A stretch of 64,000 bases of DNA from an uncultured delta proteobacterium (GTDB lineage Bacteria > Desulfobacterota > Desulfuromonadia > Desulfuromonadales > CAWBQR01). The DNA lies in assembly GCA_963791005.1 (NCBI GenBank), contig CAWBQR010000017.1:29455-93454 (forward strand), written 5' to 3'. The notes under the pieces were generated by a model. It saw nothing but the letters and a program-made list of their open reading frames with translations, was not told the origin of the DNA and made no database searches. Below are positions 10,465-21,399 of this stretch, piece by piece. A program made the translations under genes and the position numbers. Within the stretch, counting starts at the first letter, position 1. Every line of letters begins with the position of its first letter.

Positions 10465-10492
10465 GGTGCCCTCCCTCGGGAGGGCTCGAACT

Positions 10493-10568
10493 TGGTGATC
10501 CCCACGGGAATCGAACCCGTGTTACCGACGTGAAAGGCCGGTGTCCTAGACCGCTAGACGAGGGGACC
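10493..10568 (-). tRNA. tRNA-Glu(TTC)
   Basis: GGTCCCCTCGTCTAGCGGTCTAGGACACCGGCCTTTCACGTCGGTAACACGGGTTCGATTCCCGTGGGGATCACCA; cloverleaf with encoded CCA. Confidence 0.97.
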
Positions 10569-10600
10569 GTATATTGAGCGGAGCAATCTCCGTTTGCAAC

Positions 10601-10675
10601 TGGCTGGGGTGCTAGGATTCGAACCTAGGTATGACGGAGTCAGAGTCCGTTGCCTTACCGCTTGGCGACACCCCA
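10601..10675 (-). tRNA. tRNA-Gln(CTG)
   Basis: TGGGGTGTCGCCAAGCGGTAAGGCAACGGACTCTGACTCCGTCATACCTAGGTTCGAATCCTAGCACCCCAGCCA. Confidence 0.97.
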
Positions 10676-10689
10676 AAAAGCGGATGCGA

Positions 10690-10718
10690 TATTTAACAGA
10701 CTTACCCGATGGAGTCAA
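10690..10718 (-). promoter_or_regulatory. Sigma-70 promoter of tRNA-Gln/Glu
   Basis: TTGACT-17 nt-TAAATA just upstream of the tRNA. Confidence 0.6.
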
Positions 10719-10763
10719 TAAAAAAATCTCCCGGGCCACCCGACTCTCCCCGGTCAGAACCGA

Positions 10764-13000
10764 TCATTGACCGGAAGTCAGTTCCTTGAGACGTTCGGTT
10801 GCCTGAGGGTTGCTCGGGTCGGTCAGAAGGATCCGGCGGTATTCTTCCGCGGCCTTGTAGGTGATTCCAAGACGCTCGTAAAGGCTGGCCGCTTTCGTTC
10901 TCAACTCGATGTCGTCAGGAAGGGAGTTCGTTCCGGACATGACGACGCTCAGGGCATCATCGATCCGGTTCTGGCCCAGGTAATGCCGATAAATCCTTTG
11001 AAAAACCTCCCGTTCAGGGGGCGACTCCCTTCCGGCGAGATAAAGCGCGGTGGTATAGCATTTTTCTCCTTCGGTTTTCTGCCCCAGGCCCAGGAGGTAG
11101 TCACCAAAGCCCAGATAAGCCAGGGACTTCTGGGGAAGAACCTGCTCCACTTTTTCTTTCGGTATCCCATAAGGAGCGAACAGTCCGAGATAAGCGGGGG
11201 TGTCTTCCGGGGCGAGGGTCAGAGCGGTTTTCGTCTGCTTCAATGCCTCGGAAATTTCTCCTTTTTCCAACAGCCAGGAAACGAAGCCTTTGGTATCTTC
11301 CCGAGTTGAAGCCTCCATACTTTACCCCGGCCTCGAGAAATCTCCCGGCGGTTTCATGTTCCCCCTGCCTGTCAAAAAGAAGACCTACTTCCTCGAGGTA
11401 TTTTCCGTTGGAAGGGTTCAGGTCGCAGGGCCTGAAGAAAGTACTCCCTGGCACCATCAAGGTCTTTCAGTGCCAGCCGACATCGCCCCGCGAAAAAGGG
11501 ATAATAAGGCTCAAACGGTGCCCAGCGAGCCGCCGTGAGGGCTTTCTCTTGGAGATTTTCAATTCGGGCGGTCCCTATATTTTCGAGCCCATCCAGCCCC
11601 AGTGCCTGGATTCTTCCGAGGAAAATCCCGGTGTTCAAAACAATGGCGGCCATTAGGAGCGGTGTCCAGATTGCCGGTCCAACCCTGAATCCCCCCCGGG
11701 CAGCCGTCTTCAATTCAGATTTCTCTCCATTCCTGGAGCTGGTATGGGCGCAGGAGACGGCCAGGCCGGCAAGAAAAAAAAGGATGATACTCCCCCTCCT
11801 GGTGAAAAAGCGCCGGGGAGCAGTGCGAAACCTGCCAGCAGGGACCCAAGACCGGCAAGAGCCGCAGGAAAAAGATGTAAGGCGGTTGTGTTTCTCCGCT
11901 CAAGCCAACTGGCCACGGACCCCGTCAGACAAGACAGGATAAACCAAACCAGAAACACTCCCCCCAGGATTTCGCCTGCAAGAAAGCGCAAAGGAGTACC
12001 CTCCGGTGAGACGCCGAAGCCTGTTCCATGCAAAAGCCGGGTTGCAAGGTACCCTAGGCTTGAATCAGAGGAGGCCCCAGGCTCCAAGAAGGAATGTGAG
12101 GCCAGGGGGGCAATGAGCGCTCCGGCAAGGAAAAAAGCCGCGTAGAGGAAAACTGTAAACCCGGATTTTTTCTGGCGATGAGCCAGCAGGAAAACCCCCA
12201 GAAGAAGGGTTGATAAAAGAGCGCATAGGTTGGCCCCCCTGGAAAAGCTCAAAAATATGGAGGCCGAGATCAGGATCGATACGACAGAAAAAACAAGGTG
12301 GTGGTTTGCCGTCGGCCGGGCAAGAAAATTGCCTATCCGGTCTCGCATGGTGCCGTATTTGATTCGGGGACGTGCGGCCAGAAACAGGCCGAGAAAGACC
12401 GGCAGCACCGTAACGGTCATAGCCAAAATGGTCTCAGTGGAGGGCAAATGGACAATGGTCCCGACTCCTTCCACATCCGGTATCAAATGACTCTTCGAAA
12501 AAAAGTTTCCAAGAACGGCAAAGAAAGAACAAGCCCCCACCGAGAGGGCAAAAAAGGACGCAGCGGATTTTACCCTGTCGCGGTCGATAAGAATATGAAG
12601 GGTCAGGAGGTACAGAACGACATAGATAGAGAAACGGCAAAATTCAGCCCCGGTGTCCACTGGGAAACGTCGAAAGGGGCATCCACTCTCCGGGGCTGGT
12701 TATCCAGACCGTTCCCGAATACAACTCCCAGGATTTGCCCGAAATCAACTTCAGGAAAAACGGCGGCAATGGCAGCAGTTGAAAAAGCATGAATGCGCCC
12801 AGTAAAAAGAGCGGCAGCAGACCGGGAGAAACCACGGACAGAACCCCGCCGGCTTCGGAAATGGATAAGCGCCAGAATAAACAACAGGGATAAAAGTCCG
12901 CCTTCGAAGGGGAAAGCCCAGTGGGGAAGCCAGAAATAAGCCGGGTTGCAGGGATAATCAATAAGCAGAACAGGTATGTAGAATAAATCACCCTAGACAT
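10764..13000 (-). CDS. O-antigen ligase-like membrane protein with C-terminal TPRs (split by several frameshifts)
   Basis: Fragments 12644-13000, 11710-12660 (SFSRGA, GTGFG), 11372-11713 and 10764-11318 (TPR) form one multi-TM ligase plus TPR architecture. Confidence 0.7.
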
Positions 13001-13698
13001 CAATGGTTTCCCCGGAAATAACCGCAGCGGGGTTGTTTTCCACCAGCCTGCGGGCCGCCGACCTCCCGATGATTTTTCCAGCGGCAATCACGCTTCCGGA
13101 AAGGACCGGGCGTCGATGGCGGGGGGAATGCGCATCTGAGGCCAGAAAATGGACTGAATGCCTTTTAAGCAGGAAGAGGCAGCAATCCATTACCTCCGGG
13201 CCAAAAAAACCGGTAAGGCTTTCTGCTGTGCATTGGACAAGGGCTCCGGCCTCGACCAAGTCGAATAAAACCTGGGGTCGGAGAATCACGGTCGGATTTC
13301 GCTCAGGATGAGTGATGATGGGCTTGAGCCCGGCCAGGATAGCCTTGAAAACCTGTTCGGGAGCATTTTGAGGGATATGGCTGTGGGGGAACTCGAACAG
13401 AACGTAGTCCGTACCGTTCAGGGTATATCTCCTGAGGATTTCCGGGTCCAGCAGGGCACTCGCGTCGGCCCCCAGAAGCACCTCGAGAGGAATTCCTTGA
13501 TTTTTCAAGCGTTTCGTTGAAAAGGGAAACCCGCTCTCGGAGGAGAGCGGGTGGGTGCAGAATTCCATTGATGTGAGGAGTAGCCACAATACGAACGATC
13601 CCGTCGGCAACGGCAATTTTGGCCATTTCCAGAGAATCGTCCAGCTTGCACGGTCCGTCATCCAGGCCGGGGAGTATGTGGCAGTGGATATCGATCAT
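12993..13698 (-). CDS. CpsB/CapC PHP-family tyrosine phosphatase (frameshift near 13500)
   Basis: MIDIHCHILPGLDDG, VATPH, THPERN and LASDAHS motifs across two frames. Confidence 0.9.
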
Positions 13699-13707
13699 TA
13701 TTTGCCT

Positions 13708-15888
13708 TCATGCCTCACCCGTTCTCACCCGATGCTGTTTCTGCCGATAGGACGTATAGTAATCGTATTGGTAGTAGTCGCTTTTTTTGTAATCGAGGGC
13801 GTTTATCACCATCCCGAGCACATGGGCATTGACATCATGCAGCGATTTCAAAGTCTGACCGGAGATGTCAAAGTTTGTCTTATGTGCCCTGGCCACGACA
13901 ATGACGCTGTCGAAAATTCGACTGAGAATACGGGGATCGGCGACGGACAGAACTGGCGGAGAGTCGCAGATGATGATGTCGAAATCTTTCCGCAGCCCTT
14001 CAAGCAAGGTTTTCATCCGGTTAGAACCGAGAAGTTCCGAGGGGTTGGGCGGCATCGGTCCCGAGGTCATCACCGCAAGATTTGCGACGGGGCCTTTTTT
14101 CAGGATATCCTTACCGGCCGAACCCGCCAGATAGACGCTCAATCCGTTTTCATTGTTCATCTTGAAAATCTTGTGGATCCGGGGTTTGCGCAAATCGCCA
14201 TCAATAAGAACAACCTTTTTTTCCGATTGGGCCAGAGCCAGAGCCAGGTTCACCGAGATGGTAGTTTTCCCCTCTCCCATCGCCGGACTGGTGACCAGGA
14301 TGGAGGCGGGGGGAGCGTCTGCCGAGGAGAGCAATATCGAGGTACGAAGAGCCCTGTAGTGTTCGGAAAAAAGAGATTGGGGGTCTTTTAGAAACATTTC
14401 TTCGAGGTCCTGGTCATTCCCCTTGCACAGGGGCACGACCCCCAGAACCGGTATACCGAGGGAAGCCTCGGTCTCTTCAGGGCTCTTCACCGTATTGTCC
14501 AGGTAGTCGAAGAAAAAGGCTAGGCCAATGCCTCCGAACAGACCAAGAAACAGGCCAAGCAGGAGGTTGAGGCCCTTTAAAGGCCTGGCAGGGAACAGGG
14601 GTACCGACGCTTCCTCGACAACCGAGAGATTGACCGGTTGAGTCTCCTGGGTAAGGCTCTGCTCTTTCAACTTGGTGAGCAGGGCATCGTATAGCTGGCG
14701 GCTGGTGTCCACCTCCCGGTTCATGGCATTGTATTGAATGAATTTTTCGTTGAGCCTCTGGGCTTCGTTCTTTGTCCTCTGAAGCTCCGCATGGAGGTTG
14801 TTTTCATTGGCACGCGCCAGCTCGTACTGATTCCGAATGGATTGAATGACCCTGCTAATCGCCTGATTTCTCTTTTGCTTCAGGATCTTCAAGTCTCCGA
14901 GGGCTTTGGTCATCACGGGATGCTTTGGCCCGAACTTGCCGGAGAGTTCCATGATATTTTTTTCGGAATCGATAATCTGACTCCGAAGGGTCTGTACCGA
15001 AGGGTCGTCGGCAACCGCTGCAATAGTCAACGCAACGGAGGGGTCCCTGGCCGCCTGTCTGACCTTTCGGTCCAGGACCTCCAGTTCCTTCCTTTTGGTC
15101 TCAGCCTGAACAAGTTGCGTGCTGACCTCGGATAATTTCCCAGGGGTTATGGTAAGACGATTCTCCAGTGTGACGATGTCATTGGCCTTCCTGTAGGCCT
15201 GGAGGGCATTTTCCGTCTTATCCAGTTTTTTGGCTTCCTCCCCTGCTTTCCTGGTCATCCAGGCCAGGGTCCTTCGGGTGGATTCCATCTTCATGTCAAG
15301 GGTTTCTTCGATATAGGCTTTGGCGGTGGCGTTAGCTACCTGGGCAGCCAACTCAGGATTGGGGGACAGGAAACTTATGGTCACGATATGGCTGTCGTTT
15401 ACGGGGGTGACTGAAATACCCTGGCTGATCGCCTGGGCCGCCAAATCCTCCTTCGACAGGACCTTGGTACCCTTCCCTGCTGCCTGGTTCGGCAGGATAA
15501 AGGCCATTGCTTTCCGTGCTGCGATGGTGAACCTGGACTGAACGGAATGGAGAATGGAGTTTTGTCCGGAACCGGTCAGTTGATCGATTTTGTCCCCGAG
15601 GCCCAGCATATCCACCACTCTGTGCGCAACGGGGGTGCTTTTTATCAACTGGAACTGGGTCGCATAGAATTCAGGGTCATAGCGAGACGAATGGTATGGC
15701 CCCGAAAGGTCGCTTGACTCCACCTTTTCTATGATGACCTTGGTCGTACCCTCGTATTGGGGCGTGGCGAGAAAAGTGCCTACAACCACCACCCCGAATG
15801 TGAGGGCTAAAAACACCACCACGGTCCTTCTGTGCTTTTTTATTACTTTCAGATAATCCCTTAAATGCGTGTACCTTCTCGTATTCAT
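13708..15888 (-). CDS. wzc: Wzc/GumC polysaccharide co-polymerase and tyrosine autokinase
   Basis: Two TMs, coiled periplasmic region, Walker A SPAMGEGKT, DGDLRKP, DSPP, C-terminal Tyr cluster. Confidence 0.95.
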   Translation of the reverse strand: MNTRRYTHLRDYLKVIKKHRRTVVVFLALTFGVVVVGTFLATPQYEGTTKVIIEKVESSDLSGPYHSSRYDPEFYATQFQLIKSTPVAHRVVDMLGLGDKIDQLTGSGQNSILHSVQSRFTIAARKAMAFILPNQAAGKGTKVLSKEDLAAQAISQGISVTPVNDSHIVTISFLSPNPELAAQVANATAKAYIEETLDMKMESTRRTLAWMTRKAGEEAKKLDKTENALQAYRKANDIVTLENRLTITPGKLSEVSTQLVQAETKRKELEVLDRKVRQAARDPSVALTIAAVADDPSVQTLRSQIIDSEKNIMELSGKFGPKHPVMTKALGDLKILKQKRNQAISRVIQSIRNQYELARANENNLHAELQRTKNEAQRLNEKFIQYNAMNREVDTSRQLYDALLTKLKEQSLTQETQPVNLSVVEEASVPLFPARPLKGLNLLLGLFLGLFGGIGLAFFFDYLDNTVKSPEETEASLGIPVLGVVPLCKGNDQDLEEMFLKDPQSLFSEHYRALRTSILLSSADAPPASILVTSPAMGEGKTTISVNLALALAQSEKKVVLIDGDLRKPRIHKIFKMNNENGLSVYLAGSAGKDILKKGPVANLAVMTSGPMPPNPSELLGSNRMKTLLEGLRKDFDIIICDSPPVLSVADPRILSRIFDSVIVVARAHKTNFDISGQTLKSLHDVNAHVLGMVINALDYKKSDYYQYDYYTSYRQKQHRVRTGEA

Positions 15889-15932
15889 AGGCGATCACTT
15901 TTTCAACAAGGGTTGCAAAAAGCCGAACAATG

Positions 15933-16739
15933 TCAGAAGAAGCTTTCCGGGACCACGATTACGTCTTCCGGCAATACCGGATCGTGCATCGAGACATTTT
16001 CCAGGATTTTTTCTTTTCCGTTGATTTTCCTGATGATTTTCACTTTGCCCGGGGCGGCGAGGTTGGTAAAGCCGCCCGCCATGGTGATTGCCTTAATAAC
16101 CGATGAACCGTCCTCCATTTTGTAAGCATCCGGCTTGTTGACCTGGCCGGTCACATAAAACATACCTGCTTTGGCCACAAAGACGTTGTCGCCGTCCATG
16201 ATGGGCATATCGAGAGAGGCATCCCCTTTTTCAAGCAGCTTCTTGAGGTTGATGGGAATGATTTTCTTCTCCGCTCCGGACCCCCTGGGCGCTCTTTTGA
16301 TGATGAGCTTGTCACCCGCATCGACCGTGACCCCTCCGGCTTTGGAAATCAACTCAAGAAGAGTAGTGGGGCCACTTAATTCGTATAGCCCCGGGTTTTT
16401 GATCTGTCCCAGGATGACCACTCTTTTACTCCGAAATTCCTCGATAAAAACCGACACCTGGGGGTTGACAATGTAGCCCTCGGCCAGTTTCCGGCCAATC
16501 TTATCGGCCACCTGGGAAACGGTCATCCCTGAGATTTTGATTTGACCGATGAGGGGGAAAATTATCGTCCCGTCGCTGTTGATCCGGGCTGTGGTTGTCA
16601 GGTCGGGATTGTCGTAAACTGAAATCTTAAGGACATCTCCCTCGCCGGCCAGATACCCGGAGTCATCGGCCGGGGCCGGCCTCGCCACTGCGGAAACGAT
16701 GAAAACCACCACCAAGGAGAAAAAAAACGCTCTTTTCAT
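15933..16739 (-). CDS. wza: Wza-like polysaccharide export protein (Poly_export plus SLBB)
   Basis: GDVLKISVY...DGTIIFPLIGQI and two SLBB repeats (AGG motifs). Confidence 0.9.
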   Translation of the reverse strand: MKRAFFFSLVVVFIVSAVARPAPADDSGYLAGEGDVLKISVYDNPDLTTTARINSDGTIIFPLIGQIKISGMTVSQVADKIGRKLAEGYIVNPQVSVFIEEFRSKRVVILGQIKNPGLYELSGPTTLLELISKAGGVTVDAGDKLIIKRAPRGSGAEKKIIPINLKKLLEKGDASLDMPIMDGDNVFVAKAGMFYVTGQVNKPDAYKMEDGSSVIKAITMAGGFTNLAAPGKVKIIRKINGKEKILENVSMHDPVLPEDVIVVPESFF

Positions 16740-16797
16740 ACTCGACGCTTCCTTTCGGCCTGAGGAAACAGGTCCCTCGGTCGAATGCACATGGTTG

Positions 16798-18141
16798 TCA
16801 TAAGGCGGCGGTAGCGCTCAGGAAAACGTAATTGGTCCGGTAGTCGTACTGATCGAAATTGGAATCTCTCCGTACATACGAATAACCCAGGTTCATATTG
16901 AGCCATCTCCGGAATGCGTATCCAAAGGCGACCCCGGCGCTGTAATAATCATCTTCCCGCTGCCCGGTCAGACCGCCTATCGTGGTCTGACCTTTATAAC
17001 TGTTTCTCCAGAAATAAAAATTCGCGGATCCCATAATCCTGGCGGTGAGTCTCTGGAGATATCGTGCTTCAATTCGATGGGTCAGCATCGACTGGCTGTC
17101 AGCCACGTCCGTTTCATTGGTTCTACGAAAAGCGCGAAGCGACACGGAGGTCTTCGGGGTAAATCGATGATCGAACTGGGCCTCGGCGATGAAATCGTTT
17201 CGGGTCTCGGCGTTTCCGGAAAAGTCCTTTACTCCAAGACCGGCTTTTATCCTGCCACGGGATTTGGCTGTGATCCTCCAGTCTGCTCCAACAAAATAAT
17301 GCTGCTCAGTGCTGTCCTGCAGTGTTTCCTTCCGGTAGTTGATGTCGATATAGTCATATTCGAGAAACGCAGAGGTTTTGGCGCCGACCATATAAAACGC
17401 GTAGAGGGAACCCGAATTGTCGTCGCGCTCACGAAAGGCATTCTGTTGGGAGGAGTAGCTCAAGGTATAGAAGGAATAATCGGCCCTGAGCCTGAGCCTG
17501 GGACCGACTTGATAGGAAACAAGGGCGTTAAGAAGGTTCGAATCGAACTCATCCAGCGTCCTCGAGGTTCCGGTGCCCAGGGGATCGTGGTCCTTTTGAA
17601 AGATATCGATCACCTCAAGGGAAAGCCCTCCGCGAAGGTTGCCTTGAAGGAGTCCCTCAGCCCGCTGATACACGTTGTTTTCGCTGGAAAACCTGCTGTG
17701 CTCCTCAATGTTGGCCCGATACAGGGCATATCCCTGAAAACGCCGGTCGGATACAGTTCGAAAGCGGCTTACTTCAAGCCCCCCGGGAGCCGTATTCCGT
17801 GTAGCAACCTGGAGCATCTGCTGCCTCGTAGCGGGCAAAGCCAGCCAGATGCCAGGGGTGATTACCGTGTAAAGTTCGCTCTCTTCATTGTTCGTATTGA
17901 AGAAGTTATCGGTAAAATATTCAGCTACGGATAAAAAGGGATGGATATGACCTTCCCTGGTGCCAAGCATTTCACTGGTTGCAGTCTTCTGTTCCAGAGG
18001 AAGCGGAATATAGGCTTCGGAAACGTTGGGTGTTGCAATTCCCGCCGGTGCAGCTTCTTCCTGTGCCCACAAGGGATGAAGGGGTTGAGTCAGAAAAAGA
18101 AAAAAAGTTCCCAAGATGAATACAACGGCTCGGGTTTTCAT
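16798..18141 (-). CDS. EPS-associated outer-membrane beta-barrel protein
   Basis: Signal peptide, alternating beta-strand pattern, C-terminal YSYVRRDSN...YDY; lies next to wza. Confidence 0.8.
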   Translation of the reverse strand: MKTRAVVFILGTFFLFLTQPLHPLWAQEEAAPAGIATPNVSEAYIPLPLEQKTATSEMLGTREGHIHPFLSVAEYFTDNFFNTNNEESELYTVITPGIWLALPATRQQMLQVATRNTAPGGLEVSRFRTVSDRRFQGYALYRANIEEHSRFSSENNVYQRAEGLLQGNLRGGLSLEVIDIFQKDHDPLGTGTSRTLDEFDSNLLNALVSYQVGPRLRLRADYSFYTLSYSSQQNAFRERDDNSGSLYAFYMVGAKTSAFLEYDYIDINYRKETLQDSTEQHYFVGADWRITAKSRGRIKAGLGVKDFSGNAETRNDFIAEAQFDHRFTPKTSVSLRAFRRTNETDVADSQSMLTHRIEARYLQRLTARIMGSANFYFWRNSYKGQTTIGGLTGQREDDYYSAGVAFGYAFRRWLNMNLGYSYVRRDSNFDQYDYRTNYVFLSATAAL

Positions 18142-18300
18142 GATTCCACTCCTCATTTCATTTAATGGACGGGCAATGATTTAAATTAAACCACAAAGCG
18201 ACTGCAAGGAATTGAAGCTTCTATATAAAGTCATGCTATCAACTAATCCTGCAATGTCAATTGAGGCCGATAAAAATTAATAAAACCGCCATTTCCCAAC

Positions 18301-20256
18301 TTAAGAACTGCCTGACTCTGCCCGATCCGGGACTATGTCCCCAGTCCTTTTCAGCATACCTGAGGCTGGCTTGAATAAAGGGACCGGGTCCGAAGGTTCG
18401 ATGCGCGGCTGGTATTCGGGAACTATGTCTCTCAGTATTTTGATAATGTCTCTCAGACTTCTTCTCCCTATGGCCCTTTCCAGTTCGTCCACCTTGTTTT
18501 CCAGGATCGCCTTCTCATGGAACTCGGATCGGGCGATTTTTATCTTTTCATGGGTGGTGGACAAAACGCCTTCCCCGGCCAGAAGAAGTTCTTCATAAAG
18601 CTTTTCTCCGGGCCGCAAACCAGTAAAGACAATATCGATATCCTCGTAGGCACGCAGACCCGACAGCCGAATCATCTCTTCGGCCAGATGGAGAATTTTT
18701 ACCGGCTCCCCCATATCCAAAAGGAATATTTCGTTGCCATGCCCCATGCTGCCGGCCTGAAGCACCAATTGCGCCGCTTCGGGAATAGTCATGAAAAAGC
18801 GGGTCACCTCCGGATGGGTAACGGTAACGGGACCGCCTGACTTGATCTGGTTTCGGAAGATGGGAACCACACTTCCGTTGCTGCCCAGAACGTTTCCGAA
18901 GCGAACGGTAACAAAGCTGATGGAAGCTCCGCCGGCGCGGGATTGCACGTAAACTTCGGCAGCCCTTTTGCTCGCTCCCATGACGTTGGTGGGGTTCACA
19001 GCTTTGTCGGTAGACACCATGACGAAATGCCGGGTACCGAAGGATCCGGCGCAATCGGCAAGAGATCTGGTGCCCAGCACGTTGTTCCTTAACGCTTCAA
19101 TCGGATTTTTTTCCGACATAGGAACATGTTTGTAGGCTGCAGCATGAAACACGACTTCAGGTCTGAACCTCGCGAAGACGTCCCTGGTTTCAAAGGCATC
19201 GCGGATATCGTTGAGACAGGTATGAAGCTTGACTTTCGGGAAGCGTTCTCTCAGCTCATTTTCAATATGGAACAAGGGGGTTTCCGCATTATCAAAAAGG
19301 ACGATTTGTTCGGGACAAAAATTGGCCATCTGTCGACAGATTTCGCTCCCGATGCTGCCTGCGGCGCCGGTGACGAGGATGGTCCTTCCGGAGAGATAGT
19401 TTTTGATTCCCTCCAGGTCCAGCCGAACCGGCTTTCTACCCAGGAGGTCCTCCACCTCGACGTTCCTGAGATGCTGAACCGAGACATCCCCGCTGATGAT
19501 ATCGGTCATCGCCGGCAGGATTTTCGACTCAATCCGGGCCTTGTGGCAAATCTCGACGATGTTTCGAAGCTCCCTGGGGCATAGGGCCGGCTGGGCGATT
19601 ATGACCTGGCCGATGAACTTTTCGCGGCAGGTATTTTCCAGCCTATCCGTGCTCCCGAGCACAGGAACGCCCTCAAACCATTGTTTTTGTCTATCCGGGT
19701 CGTTATCCAGAAACCCTGAAACCGTCTGAGTCAAATGGGGACTCTGTCGGATTTCCCGGGCAATGGTCTGCCCCACTGCCCCGGCGCCCACAATCAGAAC
19801 CCGTTGAGCATCGTTTCTTTCCTTTAAATTGAGGGTATAGGCTTCCCGGAGGATTCTGACGATGACTCGAATGCCGCTGGTCATCAGCAGACAAAGGATA
19901 AAGTCAAGAATGATGATTGAACGGGGAAAATGATTCCAATGCTGGAATAAAACGATATAAAGGAGGAACACCCCGGAAGCAAAAATGTTTGCCTTGATGA
20001 TTACCAACAAATCGGGGAGGGAAACATACTTCCACCAGCCTGAAAAAAGTCTCATTCGTAAAAAGACAAGAAATTTTATCAATACCAGCCAGGGCAAAAG
20101 CCCCCATAGTGTTTCCAAATAAATTTCAGGAACACCGCCGTCAAACCTAAGAAAGAAAGCAAGAAAAAAGGCCGAAACAATAGACAAGAGATGGATAGCC
20201 GCCGAAAGAAACTTGCGCTGTATTTTTAATTTGATAATTCGGATTTTTAATTCCAC
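18301..20256 (-). CDS. CapD/PglF/WbpM-type UDP-GlcNAc 4,6-dehydratase
   Basis: Four N-terminal TMs, GAAGSIGSE, HAAAYKHVP, STDKAVNPTNVMGASK, RFGNVLGSNGSV. Confidence 0.95.
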   Translation of the reverse strand: MELKIRIIKLKIQRKFLSAAIHLLSIVSAFFLAFFLRFDGGVPEIYLETLWGLLPWLVLIKFLVFLRMRLFSGWWKYVSLPDLLVIIKANIFASGVFLLYIVLFQHWNHFPRSIIILDFILCLLMTSGIRVIVRILREAYTLNLKERNDAQRVLIVGAGAVGQTIAREIRQSPHLTQTVSGFLDNDPDRQKQWFEGVPVLGSTDRLENTCREKFIGQVIIAQPALCPRELRNIVEICHKARIESKILPAMTDIISGDVSVQHLRNVEVEDLLGRKPVRLDLEGIKNYLSGRTILVTGAAGSIGSEICRQMANFCPEQIVLFDNAETPLFHIENELRERFPKVKLHTCLNDIRDAFETRDVFARFRPEVVFHAAAYKHVPMSEKNPIEALRNNVLGTRSLADCAGSFGTRHFVMVSTDKAVNPTNVMGASKRAAEVYVQSRAGGASISFVTVRFGNVLGSNGSVVPIFRNQIKSGGPVTVTHPEVTRFFMTIPEAAQLVLQAGSMGHGNEIFLLDMGEPVKILHLAEEMIRLSGLRAYEDIDIVFTGLRPGEKLYEELLLAGEGVLSTTHEKIKIARSEFHEKAILENKVDELERAIGRRSLRDIIKILRDIVPEYQPRIEPSDPVPLFKPASGMLKRTGDIVPDRAESGSS

Positions 20257-20296
20257 AATAAAACCCTCTCGGAATTAAAAAGACTGTCAATAAACC

Positions 20297-20453
20297 TGAT
20301 GCTTTCGCAAAAAATCTTCGGATGGCTAAGCAAAACTTTCGTCCTAGAAGGCCCGATTGTTTTTCAGGGGGCGAAGGCCTACATCAGGTAGGTCGAGGTC
20401 CTGAAAAGAGGCCGTAACGTCATACAAGGGCGGACTTTTTTGCGACGCCATCA
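20297..20453. mobile_element. MITE-like ~157 bp repeat, copy 1
   Basis: Imperfect terminal IRs TGATGCTTTCGCAAAAAA / TTTTTTGCGACGCCATCA; closely similar copy at 61289-61438. Confidence 0.8.
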
Positions 20454-20595
20454 AACCTGCTTTCAGGATATAGGGACTCAGATGCAATTCAATAACCCAA
20501 AAGGTTGATTCTTAACAGGAAAAAGAGTGAGACAAACTAAACCAAGGTTTGATTTCTAATGAGCACAGATGGGAGTGGGGGGGGGGTAGGCTTGT

Positions 20596-21300
20596 TTAAT
20601 TAAATTCGTGCCGAAGAAGACTGGAGTTTGCCCTAGAGGCGCAAAGAGCGAGTTTGACCCTGTTGGGAACACCGAATTTTTTAAACAGATGATTACAATG
20701 AGACTTGACCGTTTGTTCGCTGACGCAGAGTTGTTGGGCAATGTGTTTATTCGAATAGCCGTCACAAATATAGTGTAGTATTTCTGCTTCTTTCTTGGTA
20801 AGGTTAACAGGATGTTTTTCATCCCCATTATTATAAAGAAGATTTGTAATGGTTTTATGGTCTATCCACAGTTCTCCTGAGTCCAATGCAACTATGGCTT
20901 TTTTGAGAATAGTTGAATCGGAATTGTTCGGCATTATTCCTCCCAACCCCCTGGCAACCATTTCCTGCAAATCGACATAGGAAATACTTAAATCTGGATA
21001 ATCATTGATAAGAAGGATTTTCCCGGCATGTTTTTTATACATGTCTTTAATAATCTTGGCGCAGCAGACATAGTCGGCAACGATCACTTCCTTCCCAAGA
21101 GGCAGAATTGCCTTCAAATCATCTCCCTCACAGGCAATCCCGGCAATTTCAAACTGCTCATCTTCCTCGAGAAGTCTCTTCAGGCTTTCGGCGAAAAGAT
21201 AGACCCGGCAGCAAATATAAAGACGTATAGGGGTCTCTTGAATTCTTTTTTCACCGGGTATGGCGGTGGGCGAACGTGACTGCCCTCTTTTTTCATACAT
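20596..21300 (-). CDS. LuxR/CsgD-type transcriptional regulator with atypical receiver domain
   Basis: C-terminal LTKKEAEIL...GYSNKHIAQQLCVSEQTVKSH HTH; REC-like N-terminus. Confidence 0.9.
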   Translation of the reverse strand: MYEKRGQSRSPTAIPGEKRIQETPIRLYICCRVYLFAESLKRLLEEDEQFEIAGIACEGDDLKAILPLGKEVIVADYVCCAKIIKDMYKKHAGKILLINDYPDLSISYVDLQEMVARGLGGIMPNNSDSTILKKAIVALDSGELWIDHKTITNLLYNNGDEKHPVNLTKKEAEILHYICDGYSNKHIAQQLCVSEQTVKSHCNHLFKKFGVPNRVKLALCASRANSSLLRHEFN

Positions 21301-21399
21301 TCCATATTCCTCTATATGATCGTAATTGACGGGTTATCTCAAGCATAACCCATAAAAATTCAATTTCAATAATCCGGATTTTATTTTAAAAACAGAGCA

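Noticed and set aside
5824-13698. Programmed frameshifting or phase variation in mlaE/F, the ligase and cpsB
   Set aside because: Breaks are scattered, several at short homopolymers, with no consistent slippery site or long repeat tract; sequencing error is more parsimonious.
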